IMG/VR virus record: IMGVR_UViG_3300037043_000022
DNA: 64,000 bases
Strand: one strand, 5' to 3'
From: an uncultured virus (IMG/VR IMGVR_UViG_3300037043_000022)
Taxonomy: Duplodnaviria > Heunggongvirae > Uroviricota > Caudoviricetes
Shown: piece by piece, positions 43,030 through 51,354 of the stretch
How the letters are laid out: each line of letters opens with the position of its first letter
Numbering within the stretch: the first letter of the stretch is position 1
The notes under the pieces: generated by a model
Databases searched by the model: none
The model's input: only the letters and a program-made list of their open reading frames with translations
Told to the model about the DNA's origin: nothing
Made by a program: the position numbers and the translations under genes

Positions 43030-43499
43030 TTTGTCACTTTCCTCTCTTTTTTATGTTTGTCGTAGAGATTCATTGCATCTATCGCAGATTTCACGTTTAG
43101 TGCCTCACCGATAAGAATGTGTCTTATCTTATTAAGGTCGTCTTCATTTAGTGATGATAAGATTTCTATTGTTTTATCATTATTCAATCTACCGAAAATG
43201 GTAGCATCATATGAACACCCATTGCATGTCGGGACTAATCTCGACGTTCCTGGTATGATCGCCGATAATTTCACGGCCGGTTTATGACACCAAAAACATT
43301 CAGACAGCATTAATTCCTTCTTGTTTCTGTACCTTTCACCAGCCAATTTGAACGGTTCTGGATTTTTGGCATATCGTTTTCTTCTTGCTGCGTTCCAACA
43401 TTCTCTGCACCAACGAAAATACCCACTTGAATCACTCTTATTTTTAGAAAAGGCGGTAAGCGGTTTTTGTATGCCACACTTATTGCATTCTTTAGTCAC
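43026..43499 (-). CDS. Zn-finger protein (endonuclease-associated N-terminal type)
   Basis: KECNKCGIQKPLTAF...WCREC. Confidence 0.6.
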   Translation of the reverse strand: MTKECNKCGIQKPLTAFSKNKSDSSGYFRWCRECWNAARRKRYAKNPEPFKLAGERYRNKKELMLSECFWCHKPAVKLSAIIPGTSRLVPTCNGCSYDATIFGRLNNDKTIEILSSLNEDDLNKIRHILIGEALNVKSAIDAMNLYDKHKKERKVTK

Positions 43500-43525
43500 A
43501 CATTTATCCTTTTAGACTTTACAAA

Positions 43526-44791
43526 TCAGAAGCAAACCATGTCGTTTGATTTTGCGCCGGTACCAAGAAACTTCAACATTGCACCAGTTCCATTTGTTAC
43601 CTGCATGACGTTGTTTTGCAACCACGCAGATGCTCTAGGATGATTGTGCATGACGTCGACAACCATTCCTCGTTTACCGGTTAACGTGGCGTCAACGTAA
43701 TTCATAAAATTAACTGAAATAAACGTTTTACCATTCGTTTTATTATAAATGATTGCATCTCTTAAATTGATTTTGGACCAATTGTATACGCGTCGTTCCA
43801 ACTTAGTGAGTGACGTCGTTTCTCTAATTTCGGCTGATGGGTCGATGTTCTTGATGCCGCTGTCATTCGTTACTTTATCCCAGGTGATTTCCTGTTGATC
43901 TTCATAACAAGCACCACTGTCGCCTTTAATTGTCTCGACATAACCATCGTCGCCTTTAATTTTCATTTGCGATATTTCCTCGTGATTCAAAATCTTGCCA
44001 TTTCTAGAATCTACATATTTGTTGTTGTTTACGCGGATTGGATATGTTCTAAAGTTAATGATTACGTTTCCAGCATAAAATGGCGGAATGCCACAATCAT
44101 CTAGTGCGGCCGCGACGGTACAATTGCGGCTCGTCGTCTTCGGTGCGAACCGTGGTTCCAAATATCCCAATTGGAATCCTTGAGCAATCTCACAGATGCC
44201 TGACTGGCCGCCGTTTAGTCTAGTCACTATTTCGGCACGAGAATCACATATATATTCCTGCAATTCGGGTACGTCTTTTGCGTATAAAGCATTGTTTTTA
44301 CGCAAAATGCGTCGTGCTCGTGCGGCACCGACTCCGTGCAGTGTCGAACCTAATTTGAGATTCTCACAAACTCGTCGTTCTTGGAAATAATTTCCGTCCA
44401 AATCACACAAACCACATTCATAGTCAATGTCAATTTGTTGGACTATGGCCACTAGTGGATGGATGCCAATTTTATCTTTCGGGATTCCATTTTCTTCGAT
44501 CTCCTTCAATAATGCTGGCAATTCTATTACTGCTCCACCACATATATAAATTTTCTCATATCGTTGATGTAAATATGCCATTGAAGATAAACATTGGTAT
44601 AAATATTGTTTACCAGATTCTATTATTACTATGTGCGCTGCATTTGACATAAATGCATGACATGCAAATTGCCAACTACTCGAATTTTCTGCTATAAATG
44701 ATCCAATTTTTCCTTTTCCAGAACTTCCGGCCCCACCATCCATTACAAACGTCAATTTTCCGGCATTGAACACAAAATCAGTATTAGACAT
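43526..44791 (-). CDS. purZ: PurZ-type adenylosuccinate synthetase homologue (2-amino-2'-deoxyadenylosuccinate synthase)
   Basis: PurA fold with GSSGKGK (Ser in place of the PurA Asp), EIAQGFQL, TSR, RTYPIRV, GDSG, TTSLTKLERR, and NFMNY instead of TKxD. Confidence 0.8.
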   Translation of the reverse strand: MSNTDFVFNAGKLTFVMDGGAGSSGKGKIGSFIAENSSSWQFACHAFMSNAAHIVIIESGKQYLYQCLSSMAYLHQRYEKIYICGGAVIELPALLKEIEENGIPKDKIGIHPLVAIVQQIDIDYECGLCDLDGNYFQERRVCENLKLGSTLHGVGAARARRILRKNNALYAKDVPELQEYICDSRAEIVTRLNGGQSGICEIAQGFQLGYLEPRFAPKTTSRNCTVAAALDDCGIPPFYAGNVIINFRTYPIRVNNNKYVDSRNGKILNHEEISQMKIKGDDGYVETIKGDSGACYEDQQEITWDKVTNDSGIKNIDPSAEIRETTSLTKLERRVYNWSKINLRDAIIYNKTNGKTFISVNFMNYVDATLTGKRGMVVDVMHNHPRASAWLQNNVMQVTNGTGAMLKFLGTGAKSNDMVCF

Positions 44792-44929
44792 TTTCTTCTC
44801 CTTTGGATGAAAATGGAATCATTCACAAATCATTAAATACTTATATGCAATGAATAAATCCGTCAATTTTAAAAATAAATTGACGAATTTGATGACATAG
44901 ATTAAAGACGTTTGCAGAGGAGGAACCAA

Positions 44930-45202
44930 ATGGATGATATGATCGTTAAAATTTTCGAGTCCAGCATCGCTTCAGAGGCATTGGCGACTGGCAATGATCC
45001 AGCTGTAATTGCACATGAACGAATGGGACACATTTATGATTGGCTAAAAAATGGTTTTGATGAAGAGGCCATTAAAATTATCGATGAGACCATGAATTCA
45101 AATGAGAAAGAGGAATTCATGAAACAATTCAACCAAGCACGTCGAAATTTTGAACGCCCAGTAGTCATAAGCGACGATTTCATGGGGAGGATAGAAAAAT
45201 GA
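44930..45202 (+). CDS. Hypothetical protein
   Basis: GAGGAGG RBS. Confidence 0.7.
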   Translation: MDDMIVKIFESSIASEALATGNDPAVIAHERMGHIYDWLKNGFDEEAIKIIDETMNSNEKEEFMKQFNQARRNFERPVVISDDFMGRIEK

Positions 45203-45522
45203 AGGATTTTAAAAATGAAAACTGGCACGTGGATACGCAGGGCCATGGACAATGTGCGGTTGTTGACGATAAAGGACGACATATAGCCGACTTTGGGATA
45301 CAATCTGATGAGTCTCTACAAAACGCGACTGCGACCGCATTGTTGCCGAGGCTTATTTGGGTATTGGATAACCTTGAGACGTTTGCGGCAATGGAGTTAG
45401 ACGAACTTGAGGATGTTGAGAAGGAAAACCCACAGTTATATTGTGCCGTGGACATGGCGAGGATGATTTTAAAGAAATTGAGCGTAGGCCGAACGGAAGT
45501 ACGCAATGATGGAACAATCTAA
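45199..45522 (+). CDS. Hypothetical protein
   Basis: 107 aa; GGAGG RBS. Confidence 0.7.
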   Translation: MKDFKNENWHVDTQGHGQCAVVDDKGRHIADFGIQSDESLQNATATALLPRLIWVLDNLETFAAMELDELEDVEKENPQLYCAVDMARMILKKLSVGRTEVRNDGTI

Positions 45523-45525
45523 GCA

Positions 45526-47478
45526 TTAGGCAACGATTTTACCGTATGATTCCAATGCACTTTGTAGGCCGTCGAACAGGTCTTCGTATTGTTGCGTGTT
45601 TCGTTCCATGGCTGGAACGTGTTTTTTGATGGTGTTGTGTATGTCGTATTTAGTTAGGTCGCCTAGCTTCGCCTTGTTTAACAATTCGCGGAGCATGGCA
45701 ATTGATTCTTCTTTGCCTTCGGATAGCGTTTTAGATTCAGATATGATCGCTATAAGCCGTTTTTCATCTATTTCGAATAGACATTCTAGCGTATCGTCGA
45801 CGATCATTTCAAATGATTCAGAACTAAGACCCATAGCGGAGAGTAACCAATTAGTCCCATAAAACAATAATTTCTCGAATCTCTTCTGTAAATCAGGGTA
45901 ATCGTTTTCGATTTTTTTCACGCCTTCAAACACTCTATTTGCATTCTTTTGGCTTATGCCATGGCCAATGTGCGTGTTAATGGCATTGAACCAAACGTTT
46001 TTAGTGTCGTCATAATCCTGTTGCGTGACTGGTTGCAATTCAGATCTCTTAACAAATTCTTGGTACACTTTTTGGAAGGTATGTGCAGGATTACCTGGTC
46101 GATCAGCAAGATTGATTGGTCCTTCTTGATCAACTTCGACTAGTGGCACACTTGTTTTTTCCGTCGATTCTTTCATTTTAGTTCTCTCCCGTTCCCATTT
46201 GAATGCGTTTTCGGCCTCAACGGTCCGTATCAGGTCATTGATCTCTTGTTTGCTTGCACCTTTTGCAACGTATTCATCGACAATGTCTTGATATTTATTT
46301 GGGGATGATTGTGGGTCCTTCGCACGTTGCGTGACTTGTTGTACTAGGTCATCCCATTCTTTTTGTGATCTGAATTCTTGTCTCCCCTTACGGCCCAGTG
46401 CGTGTTTGTCACGTTCTTTCCGGAATACGGCACCGCCGCCGAGTGCCGATTTTTGTATAATCGATTCCATCAATTGAAAAAATCTCGTAAATGGGTATTC
46501 ATCGTGAATGATTTCATTCTTAAGCAAAGCCATTTCATTTTCCCAATGTTCATATCTCTGTTTACTTACTTGTGCATCTCGTTCAAGTTTTTGTTTATTT
46601 TTATTGTCGCCCTTCAACAGCGTTTCGTGTACCATTAATTGTGCATACATGATAGTCAGGAATTCCTTCTTCAATGCTTCAAGTATGGCACCCTGTTTTC
46701 GTTTCAATTCTCCATCTGGCGTTTCAATGACGTTACCGTCCTTGTCTTCAAGATATTTCCAACCTTTTTGCATGCCAGTCTCTCGATCCCATCCGATTTT
46801 TTCGGCTCGTTTATACCAATCGCCGTATATTTCCGTTTCGGCGGTTGGATCATCGTCATCGTCCACATATGGTCCTCTCAATGCTTTATTGATCTCACCA
46901 GCAGCAGTACGCATAACGTCCGTTTCTTCTTTAGGTGGTTGCAGCGCAGCCATCAAATAACCAAACATCTGACCCATCGTATGCATGTCATCTATTTGTT
47001 TCGAATGTCTACCTAACAATGCAGCATCATCAATGTGTAATTCAAAAATCGATTTAACCTTAGTTTTAATTTCCGTAAGTTTCTCATTCATGTTATGCCA
47101 CCAGGCCGGTTTTTCTTCGCCTGATTTGACATCATCTAAATCATTTTGTTCGACCCTTCTAGGACTATAACCACCAGCCGCCGCCACATCAATAAAATGT
47201 GGTAGAGCGGCCCTGAAATCATTGACCACTGCCGGTGGTAACAAATCAACTGGACCACCACCAATGCCATGTTGCATGCTCTTCGTCGCCGTACCTCTTT
47301 CAGTACGAGCATGTGCCATAGCAGCGAGCACTTTTGGATCAATCTTCTCCAATCGTCCTGCAACAGCTTTAGCCGCTTCCGGTTGCGCAGCCGTTCTCAG
47401 TTTTTTAATATCCGCCGTAGGCATCATTGGCACCGGTGCCTTTTTGGGTAGATCAGCTTCCGTAATGTCCTGGTACAT
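45526..47478 (-). CDS. Large hypothetical protein, possible internal head protein
   Basis: ~650 aa; AAGGAG RBS; several (L/I)xE motifs near the C-terminus. Confidence 0.7.
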   Translation of the reverse strand: MYQDITEADLPKKAPVPMMPTADIKKLRTAAQPEAAKAVAGRLEKIDPKVLAAMAHARTERGTATKSMQHGIGGGPVDLLPPAVVNDFRAALPHFIDVAAAGGYSPRRVEQNDLDDVKSGEEKPAWWHNMNEKLTEIKTKVKSIFELHIDDAALLGRHSKQIDDMHTMGQMFGYLMAALQPPKEETDVMRTAAGEINKALRGPYVDDDDDPTAETEIYGDWYKRAEKIGWDRETGMQKGWKYLEDKDGNVIETPDGELKRKQGAILEALKKEFLTIMYAQLMVHETLLKGDNKNKQKLERDAQVSKQRYEHWENEMALLKNEIIHDEYPFTRFFQLMESIIQKSALGGGAVFRKERDKHALGRKGRQEFRSQKEWDDLVQQVTQRAKDPQSSPNKYQDIVDEYVAKGASKQEINDLIRTVEAENAFKWERERTKMKESTEKTSVPLVEVDQEGPINLADRPGNPAHTFQKVYQEFVKRSELQPVTQQDYDDTKNVWFNAINTHIGHGISQKNANRVFEGVKKIENDYPDLQKRFEKLLFYGTNWLLSAMGLSSESFEMIVDDTLECLFEIDEKRLIAIISESKTLSEGKEESIAMLRELLNKAKLGDLTKYDIHNTIKKHVPAMERNTQQYEDLFDGLQSALESYGKIVA

Positions 47479-47603
47479 GAAATTTTTCTCCTTTTGATTT
47501 TTCAAAGCAGGCAATACAGAATTATTGTATTGCGCCAATGTTCTCCAATATGTTTGACATAACACACAAAAAACACACAGAAAAAGGCAATAAATACAGT
47601 AAC

Positions 47604-47972
47604 ATGGACAATGTGTGTACAGTTATGATTTTTAGTTATCGTCTCATTAAAATACTATTGTTTTGCAAACATTGTGATGTTCTGTTATGCTTCAATCATA
47701 TGGACAATGTGTGTACAGTTATGATTTTTTAGTTATTGTCTCATTGAACGTTGTGGTGTGTGCATTAGTTGCACTCACAGAAATGCCTGTCGGCTCAATT
47801 TCATTACCTCACTGCACACGGAAATATGGACAATGTGTGTACAGTTATGATTTTTAGTTATTGTTCTACCAAACATGCAGGGGTCGCATATGGAATATAT
47901 CTCTCGCTCGCTGGAAGAACAAGATAGTTATGATTTTTAGTTAAGGGTCGCATACGGAATATATCTCTCGCT
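47604..47972. repeat. Dispersed direct repeats in the strand-switch intergenic region
   Basis: 36-bp ATGGACAATGTGTGTACAGTTATGATTTTTAGTTAT x3 (47604, 47700, 47826) plus a partial (47926); GGGTCGCATAYGGAATATATCTCTCGCT x2 (47881, 47945). Confidence 0.9.
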
Positions 47973-47997
47973 GGAAAGGAATCGGATCGCCCGGCGC

Positions 47998-48053
47998 GGG
48001 CCGGGCGGGGGCGGGGCGCGGGTGGGGCGGGGGACGGGACGGGCGGGACGGGG
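47998..48053 (+). other. G-quadruplex-forming G-tract cluster
   Basis: 11 runs of 3 or more G in 56 nt within an AT-rich genome. Confidence 0.75.
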
Positions 48054-48112
48054 CCGACTGGCTGGTCGGCTGGCCTGCTCGTCTGGTTTTTCTGAGAGAG
48101 GGAGATACTACT

Positions 48113-48319
48113 ATGGCGAAGGTACTCAACAACGACACGGGGTCCCTAAAAGTGGGGAAAGCCGGGGAAAACCTCAAGGTCGGGGATAAAATCCGGATTT
48201 CTGGCGAGGACAAGATCAGGACCATCAGCTACATCATGGGTGCGGGAGAAAAGACCCATGTCTGTACCAAGGGGTTCGGACCCTTCCCGTTGGGTGAGGT
48301 CGAGTTCTCGGCTGAATAA
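48113..48319 (+). CDS. Small protein, tandem paralog 1 (KOW/SH3-like LKVGDKIRI)
   Basis: 68 aa; GGGAG RBS; highly similar to 48452..48667. Confidence 0.85.
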   Translation: MAKVLNNDTGSLKVGKAGENLKVGDKIRISGEDKIRTISYIMGAGEKTHVCTKGFGPFPLGEVEFSAE

Positions 48320-48381
48320 CCCATCTGATGAGGCTGGGTGGTCCCCAGCCGAAAGGGGGAGGATTTTCTCTCCCTAATGGG
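48320..48381 (+). ncRNA. Type I hammerhead ribozyme HH1 (CUA; predicted cut after 48376)
   Basis: CCCAU-CUGAUGA-GGCUGGG/CCCAGCC-GAAA-GGGGGAG/CUCUCCC-UA-AUGGG. Confidence 0.93.
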
Positions 48382-48451
48382 AAACCAGAAGGTTTCGTAA
48401 GGTGAGTGTTTCACCCGACGATAATCTTCTAATTTGAGAGGGAGGTGTAGA

Positions 48452-48667
48452 ATGGCGAACAAAGTGACGAACAACGACACGGGCAGCTTGAAAGTGGGAG
48501 CGGCTGGTGCGAATCTCAAGAAAGGTGACAAGATCCGTATTGCCGGAGAAACGGCGGATCGGGTCATCAGCTATGTCATGGGTGCGGGAGAAAAGACCCA
48601 TGTCTGTACCAAGGGGTTCGGACCCTTCCCGTTGGGTGAAGTTGAATGGGAAGCCTCGCAGGACTAG
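48452..48667 (+). CDS. Small protein, tandem paralog 2
   Basis: 71 aa; GGAGGT RBS; identical MGAGEKTHVCTKGFGPFPLGEVE. Confidence 0.85.
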   Translation: MANKVTNNDTGSLKVGAAGANLKKGDKIRIAGETADRVISYVMGAGEKTHVCTKGFGPFPLGEVEWEASQD

Positions 48668-48695
48668 TCACACCGGGTGAAAGCCCGCCGAGGGT

Positions 48696-48749
48696 ATGAT
48701 CCCTCGGTAGACAACCTTCCACAAAGAGGGTTGTCTACCCAGGGATCAT
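48696..48749. other. Long intergenic hairpin (about 22 bp)
   Basis: ATGATCCCT-c-GGTAGACAACC / GGTTGTCTACC-c-AGGGATCAT. Confidence 0.8.
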
Positions 48750-48795
48750 TGTGATCCTAATCGAGTAGAGTAAAGTCAGAAAAAGGAGGTGTCCA

Positions 48796-49002
48796 ATGAA
48801 TGAAAACCTGTGCCAGTTGGGACTGAAATGCTTCCCGTCCCCAGACAAGAAGATGGTGGAAATCAGGAAAAGAAGTGGTCAGACCGTCTATCGTGGGACG
48901 GTCGATGAAGCCGCGAATTACATAAAGATGTTGAATCGTGCACGCCACATGCAGGTAATCGACCTGCAGGCAGCTATCGAGGCTGCGCTGCAAGCCAAAT
49001 GA
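48796..49002 (+). CDS. Hypothetical protein
   Basis: 68 aa; AAGGAGGT RBS. Confidence 0.8.
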   Translation: MNENLCQLGLKCFPSPDKKMVEIRKRSGQTVYRGTVDEAANYIKMLNRARHMQVIDLQAAIEAALQAK

Positions 49003-49006
49003 CCTG

Positions 49007-49040
49007 TGCCACCGGGGACAATAAATCATCCCCGGTGGCA
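49007..49040. other. Perfect 12-bp hairpin directly after a stop codon
   Basis: TGCCACCGGGGA-N10-TCCCCGGTGGCA; no U-tract. Confidence 0.7.
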
Positions 49041-49277
49041 ACATATACAAGCCTATTGTCATATCTGACCGATTTCGGGGGATATAGCAACATATACGCT
49101 TTTATTGCCGATGAACATACAAACCAAGAAAGGAGGTGCGACATTCTTGTGAATTAAGACCCAGTCCGGAGGGAGCCATTAGATACTGGGAGGCAAAATA
49201 TGCTTGTGCTCCTGACCGTAGATCCCGGTACAATTAAAGAAGGAGGTTTCTTATGCGATATTCGTAAAAAATAAGAA

Positions 49278-49434
49278 TGCAGCACCGCACAACGGTCGAA
49301 AGCCCTCGACCGAAACTAGCTGCTGAAGATGGGGGAAAAGCACATGAACCAACTCTTCATTGGATTGGTTCATATGCAAAGTACCCCAGTAAGCCGAAGA
49401 GAACCCGCGTGCAGGAAGAAGCTAGGGTGCTGCA
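49278..49434 (+). ncRNA. Unclassified multi-stem structured RNA directly 5' of HH2
   Basis: Pairs UGCAGCACC/GGUGCUGCA, CGGUCG/CGACCG, CUAGCU/AGCUAG, AUGAACCAA/UUGGUUCAU; two AGUA/GAA loop-E-like motifs. Confidence 0.6.
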
Positions 49435-49435
49435 G

Positions 49436-49492
49436 CCCATCTGAGGAGACCGGTGGCACGGTCGAAAGGGGAGGGAAACCTCCCCTAATGGG
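49436..49492 (+). ncRNA. Type I hammerhead ribozyme HH2 (cut after 49487)
   Basis: CCCAU-CUGAGGA-GACCG/CGGUC-GAAA-GGGGAGG/CCUCCCC-UA-AUGGG. Confidence 0.93.
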
Positions 49493-49519
49493 AGCCACCA
49501 AACTGAAAGGAGGTGTGGC

Positions 49520-49705
49520 ATGCGTCGAAGCACCAGCAAGATCGTAGAGAAGGAATATTTCTCCAACGACTGGAAGTGGTCATGGTCTTGTCGTGCGAAG
49601 ACCCGTTGTTCTCAGAAAATCAAAAAGCAGCTGAAGAAAGCTGCACACCGTCGTGCTCGTCGCGGTGATGGTGTTATCTTCCTCAACGGTTATGATGTCA
49701 TCTAA
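49520..49705 (+). CDS. Small basic protein
   Basis: 61 aa; AAGGAGGT RBS; KKQLKKAAHRRARR. Confidence 0.75.
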   Translation: MRRSTSKIVEKEYFSNDWKWSWSCRAKTRCSQKIKKQLKKAAHRRARRGDGVIFLNGYDVI

Positions 49706-49813
49706 TAGAAACGTATATGTTGTTATATCCCCCGAAATCGGTCAGATATGACAATAGGCTTGTATATGTAGAAACCCCACAAATAACATCCACCAAACGA
49801 AAGGGAGGGAGAG

Positions 49814-50158
49814 ATGAGAAAAAAGAGATTCGCATTCATTTCAAGACATGTACCGACCGAGGATCAGATTCAGTTGGCAGACCAGCTTCGCATCGAGTTG
49901 GTCCACGTTGGTGATGAGGATGCATTCAGTGAAACTGCTGCTGGTGATAAAGATGAGGAGTACGAAGGTGTAGTTGTTGTCAATCCTGCTGCTGCACTGA
50001 ATTACATCTTGAAAGTCCCTGTGGGCGTTTTCGAAAATGCTGCTCGACCAGGAGTCGACGGCAAACCGTCATTTAAAGCAGTATCATTCCGTGTTTGGAA
50101 TCTCCAACAAGGTGATGATTGTTACTGGCATTGTGATAAAACGATCAAGGAGAAATGA
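49814..50158 (+). CDS. Hypothetical protein
   Basis: 114 aa; GGAGGG RBS. Confidence 0.75.
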   Translation: MRKKRFAFISRHVPTEDQIQLADQLRIELVHVGDEDAFSETAAGDKDEEYEGVVVVNPAAALNYILKVPVGVFENAARPGVDGKPSFKAVSFRVWNLQQGDDCYWHCDKTIKEK

Positions 50159-50159
50159 C

Positions 50160-50312
50160 ATGATCCCAGACGGAATGGATGTAGCCGCAGAACAAGCTGC
50201 CGAGGAATTCAACAAGGAATGGTCGGCAAAAGAAGTCGCCATTTGGTGGAAGAAATGGTACAAACATGCTGGTCACAAACGACTGGGACGGATTCTTGTG
50301 GGTAAATCATGA
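50160..50312 (+). CDS. Small hypothetical protein (WWKKWYKHAGHKRLGR)
   Basis: AAGGAG RBS before MIPDG. Confidence 0.65.
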   Translation: MIPDGMDVAAEQAAEEFNKEWSAKEVAIWWKKWYKHAGHKRLGRILVGKS

Positions 50313-50563
50313 AGGAGGAGGGTGCCAAAATGGATCACGATGAACTTCAAAATGCCGAAACACCAAATTGGCACCGAGAGATGGCAATTTATATTCGTAA
50401 AACGACAGGTTGCACACATGAAGTTGCTATGGATGTCGTCGGGAAATTTATTGAGATTCATTTGAATGCCTGGAACCAACGATGGTGTGCTGGTTATAAC
50501 GCGGGAGCAGAAGAAACGCGGTCGCGTTTTGCCAGGCATAAAGAACGGGAACCAGATGTCTGA
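50309..50563 (+). CDS. Hypothetical protein
   Basis: 84 aa. Confidence 0.65.
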   Translation: MKEEGAKMDHDELQNAETPNWHREMAIYIRKTTGCTHEVAMDVVGKFIEIHLNAWNQRWCAGYNAGAEETRSRFARHKEREPDV

Positions 50564-50574
50564 GGAGATGCCAT

Positions 50575-50913
50575 ATGAAAATGCTTCTGATTGATGATTT
50601 AAGAGTAATGACCGTCCACCGCACAGCCAGAACATATGATGACGGAATTGTGGCATTACAGAATGGTCCCTGGGATGTCCTGTACTTGGACCACGATTTA
50701 GGTGAGGAGAAGACGGGATATGATATAACCAATTGGCTGGAACAAAATCCTGCCTATCAACCAGAAGCGGTCGTATTAGTAACTATGAATCCAGTGGGGA
50801 GAGAAAACATCGCTCGTGCGTTAGTGGCAATGGGGTACATCAGAATTAGTGTTACCGAGTTGGTTCGGTGTGATCCAGTTCAAACTAACCCAGAACGTAT
50901 TGATGCACAATGA
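50575..50913 (+). CDS. Cyclic-phosphate processing receiver (cREC) domain protein
   Basis: LLIDDLR, LDHDLG, TGYD, NPVG signature. Confidence 0.85.
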   Translation: MKMLLIDDLRVMTVHRTARTYDDGIVALQNGPWDVLYLDHDLGEEKTGYDITNWLEQNPAYQPEAVVLVTMNPVGRENIARALVAMGYIRISVTELVRCDPVQTNPERIDAQ

Positions 50914-51176
50914 GCGTCAACGTTTTGCCGCAACAAGTCACCCTTAGAGCTAACGCCGCAAGCGTTAGATTGGGTGATTTCCACGTAAAATGTAGCCGGG
51001 AAAACCGGAGCATCTTAAATGTGGATAGCGGTTTTCTTTGTTCTGGTTCAAACTAACCCAGAACGTATTGATGCACAATGAGCGTCAACGCTTGCTCGGT
51101 GTGCAATAAGTCAGTGCACAATGAGCTGCACAATGAGCGTCAACGCTTGCTCTATGTGCATTAGGGTCGCATACGG
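50878..51176. repeat. 45-bp perfect direct repeat (50878-50922, 51046-51090) with further TGCACAATGAGC copies
   Basis: GTTCAAACTAACCCAGAACGTATTGATGCACAATGAGCGTCAACG x2; sub-repeats at 51115 and 51127; GGGTCGCATACGG at 51164. Confidence 0.9.
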
Positions 51177-51354
51177 GAGCTATTAAGTAAGCATTAGCAA
51201 GCTGTTAATATCCTATTAGTGAAATAATTAAAATATATAATATATTTGCGATAATCAAGCCTCTTACACGCACTTAAAGGGTTCTTCAACCAACACCAAC
51301 AACGGGATTGTTTCGATGATTGGGAGGGAATGCGATGAGTGATGAGGCATTTGG

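Larger units (their letters stand above)
49041..49769. repeat. 58-bp inverted repeats (49041-49098 / 49712-49769) enclosing 613 bp
   Basis: Reverse-complement match with one mismatch. Confidence 0.92.

Noticed and set aside
47604..47861. 36-bp repeats as a mini-CRISPR array
   Set aside because: Spacers are about 60 and 89 nt and irregular, similarity extends beyond the repeat, and no cas genes are visible.
48377..48400. Leaderless peptides from the AUG exposed by hammerhead cleavage
   Set aside because: The downstream frames are unconserved (3 codons to long) and HH6 has ACG; stem I pairing explains the AUG.
48657..48710. Twister or twister-sister ribozyme around CGGG-UGAAAG-CCCG
   Set aside because: Only the hairpin resembles these classes; I could not place the conserved cleavage-site loop.
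49160..49213. HDV-like ribozyme (CCCAGU/ACUGGG, GGAGC/GCUCC, AGGCA/UGCUU)
   Set aside because: Pseudoknot pairing is possible, but P3/L3 and the catalytic J4/2 C are missing.
49329..49547. 72-aa ORF
   Set aside because: Overlaps the structured RNA and HH2 and lacks an RBS.
50560..50590. CTGAGGA...GAAA as another hammerhead
   Set aside because: Explained by stop codon, RBS and start codon; no stem I or III.
51040..51064. tRNA (GGTTCAAA)
   Set aside because: No cloverleaf; part of a direct repeat. No tRNA or rRNA was recognised in the window.
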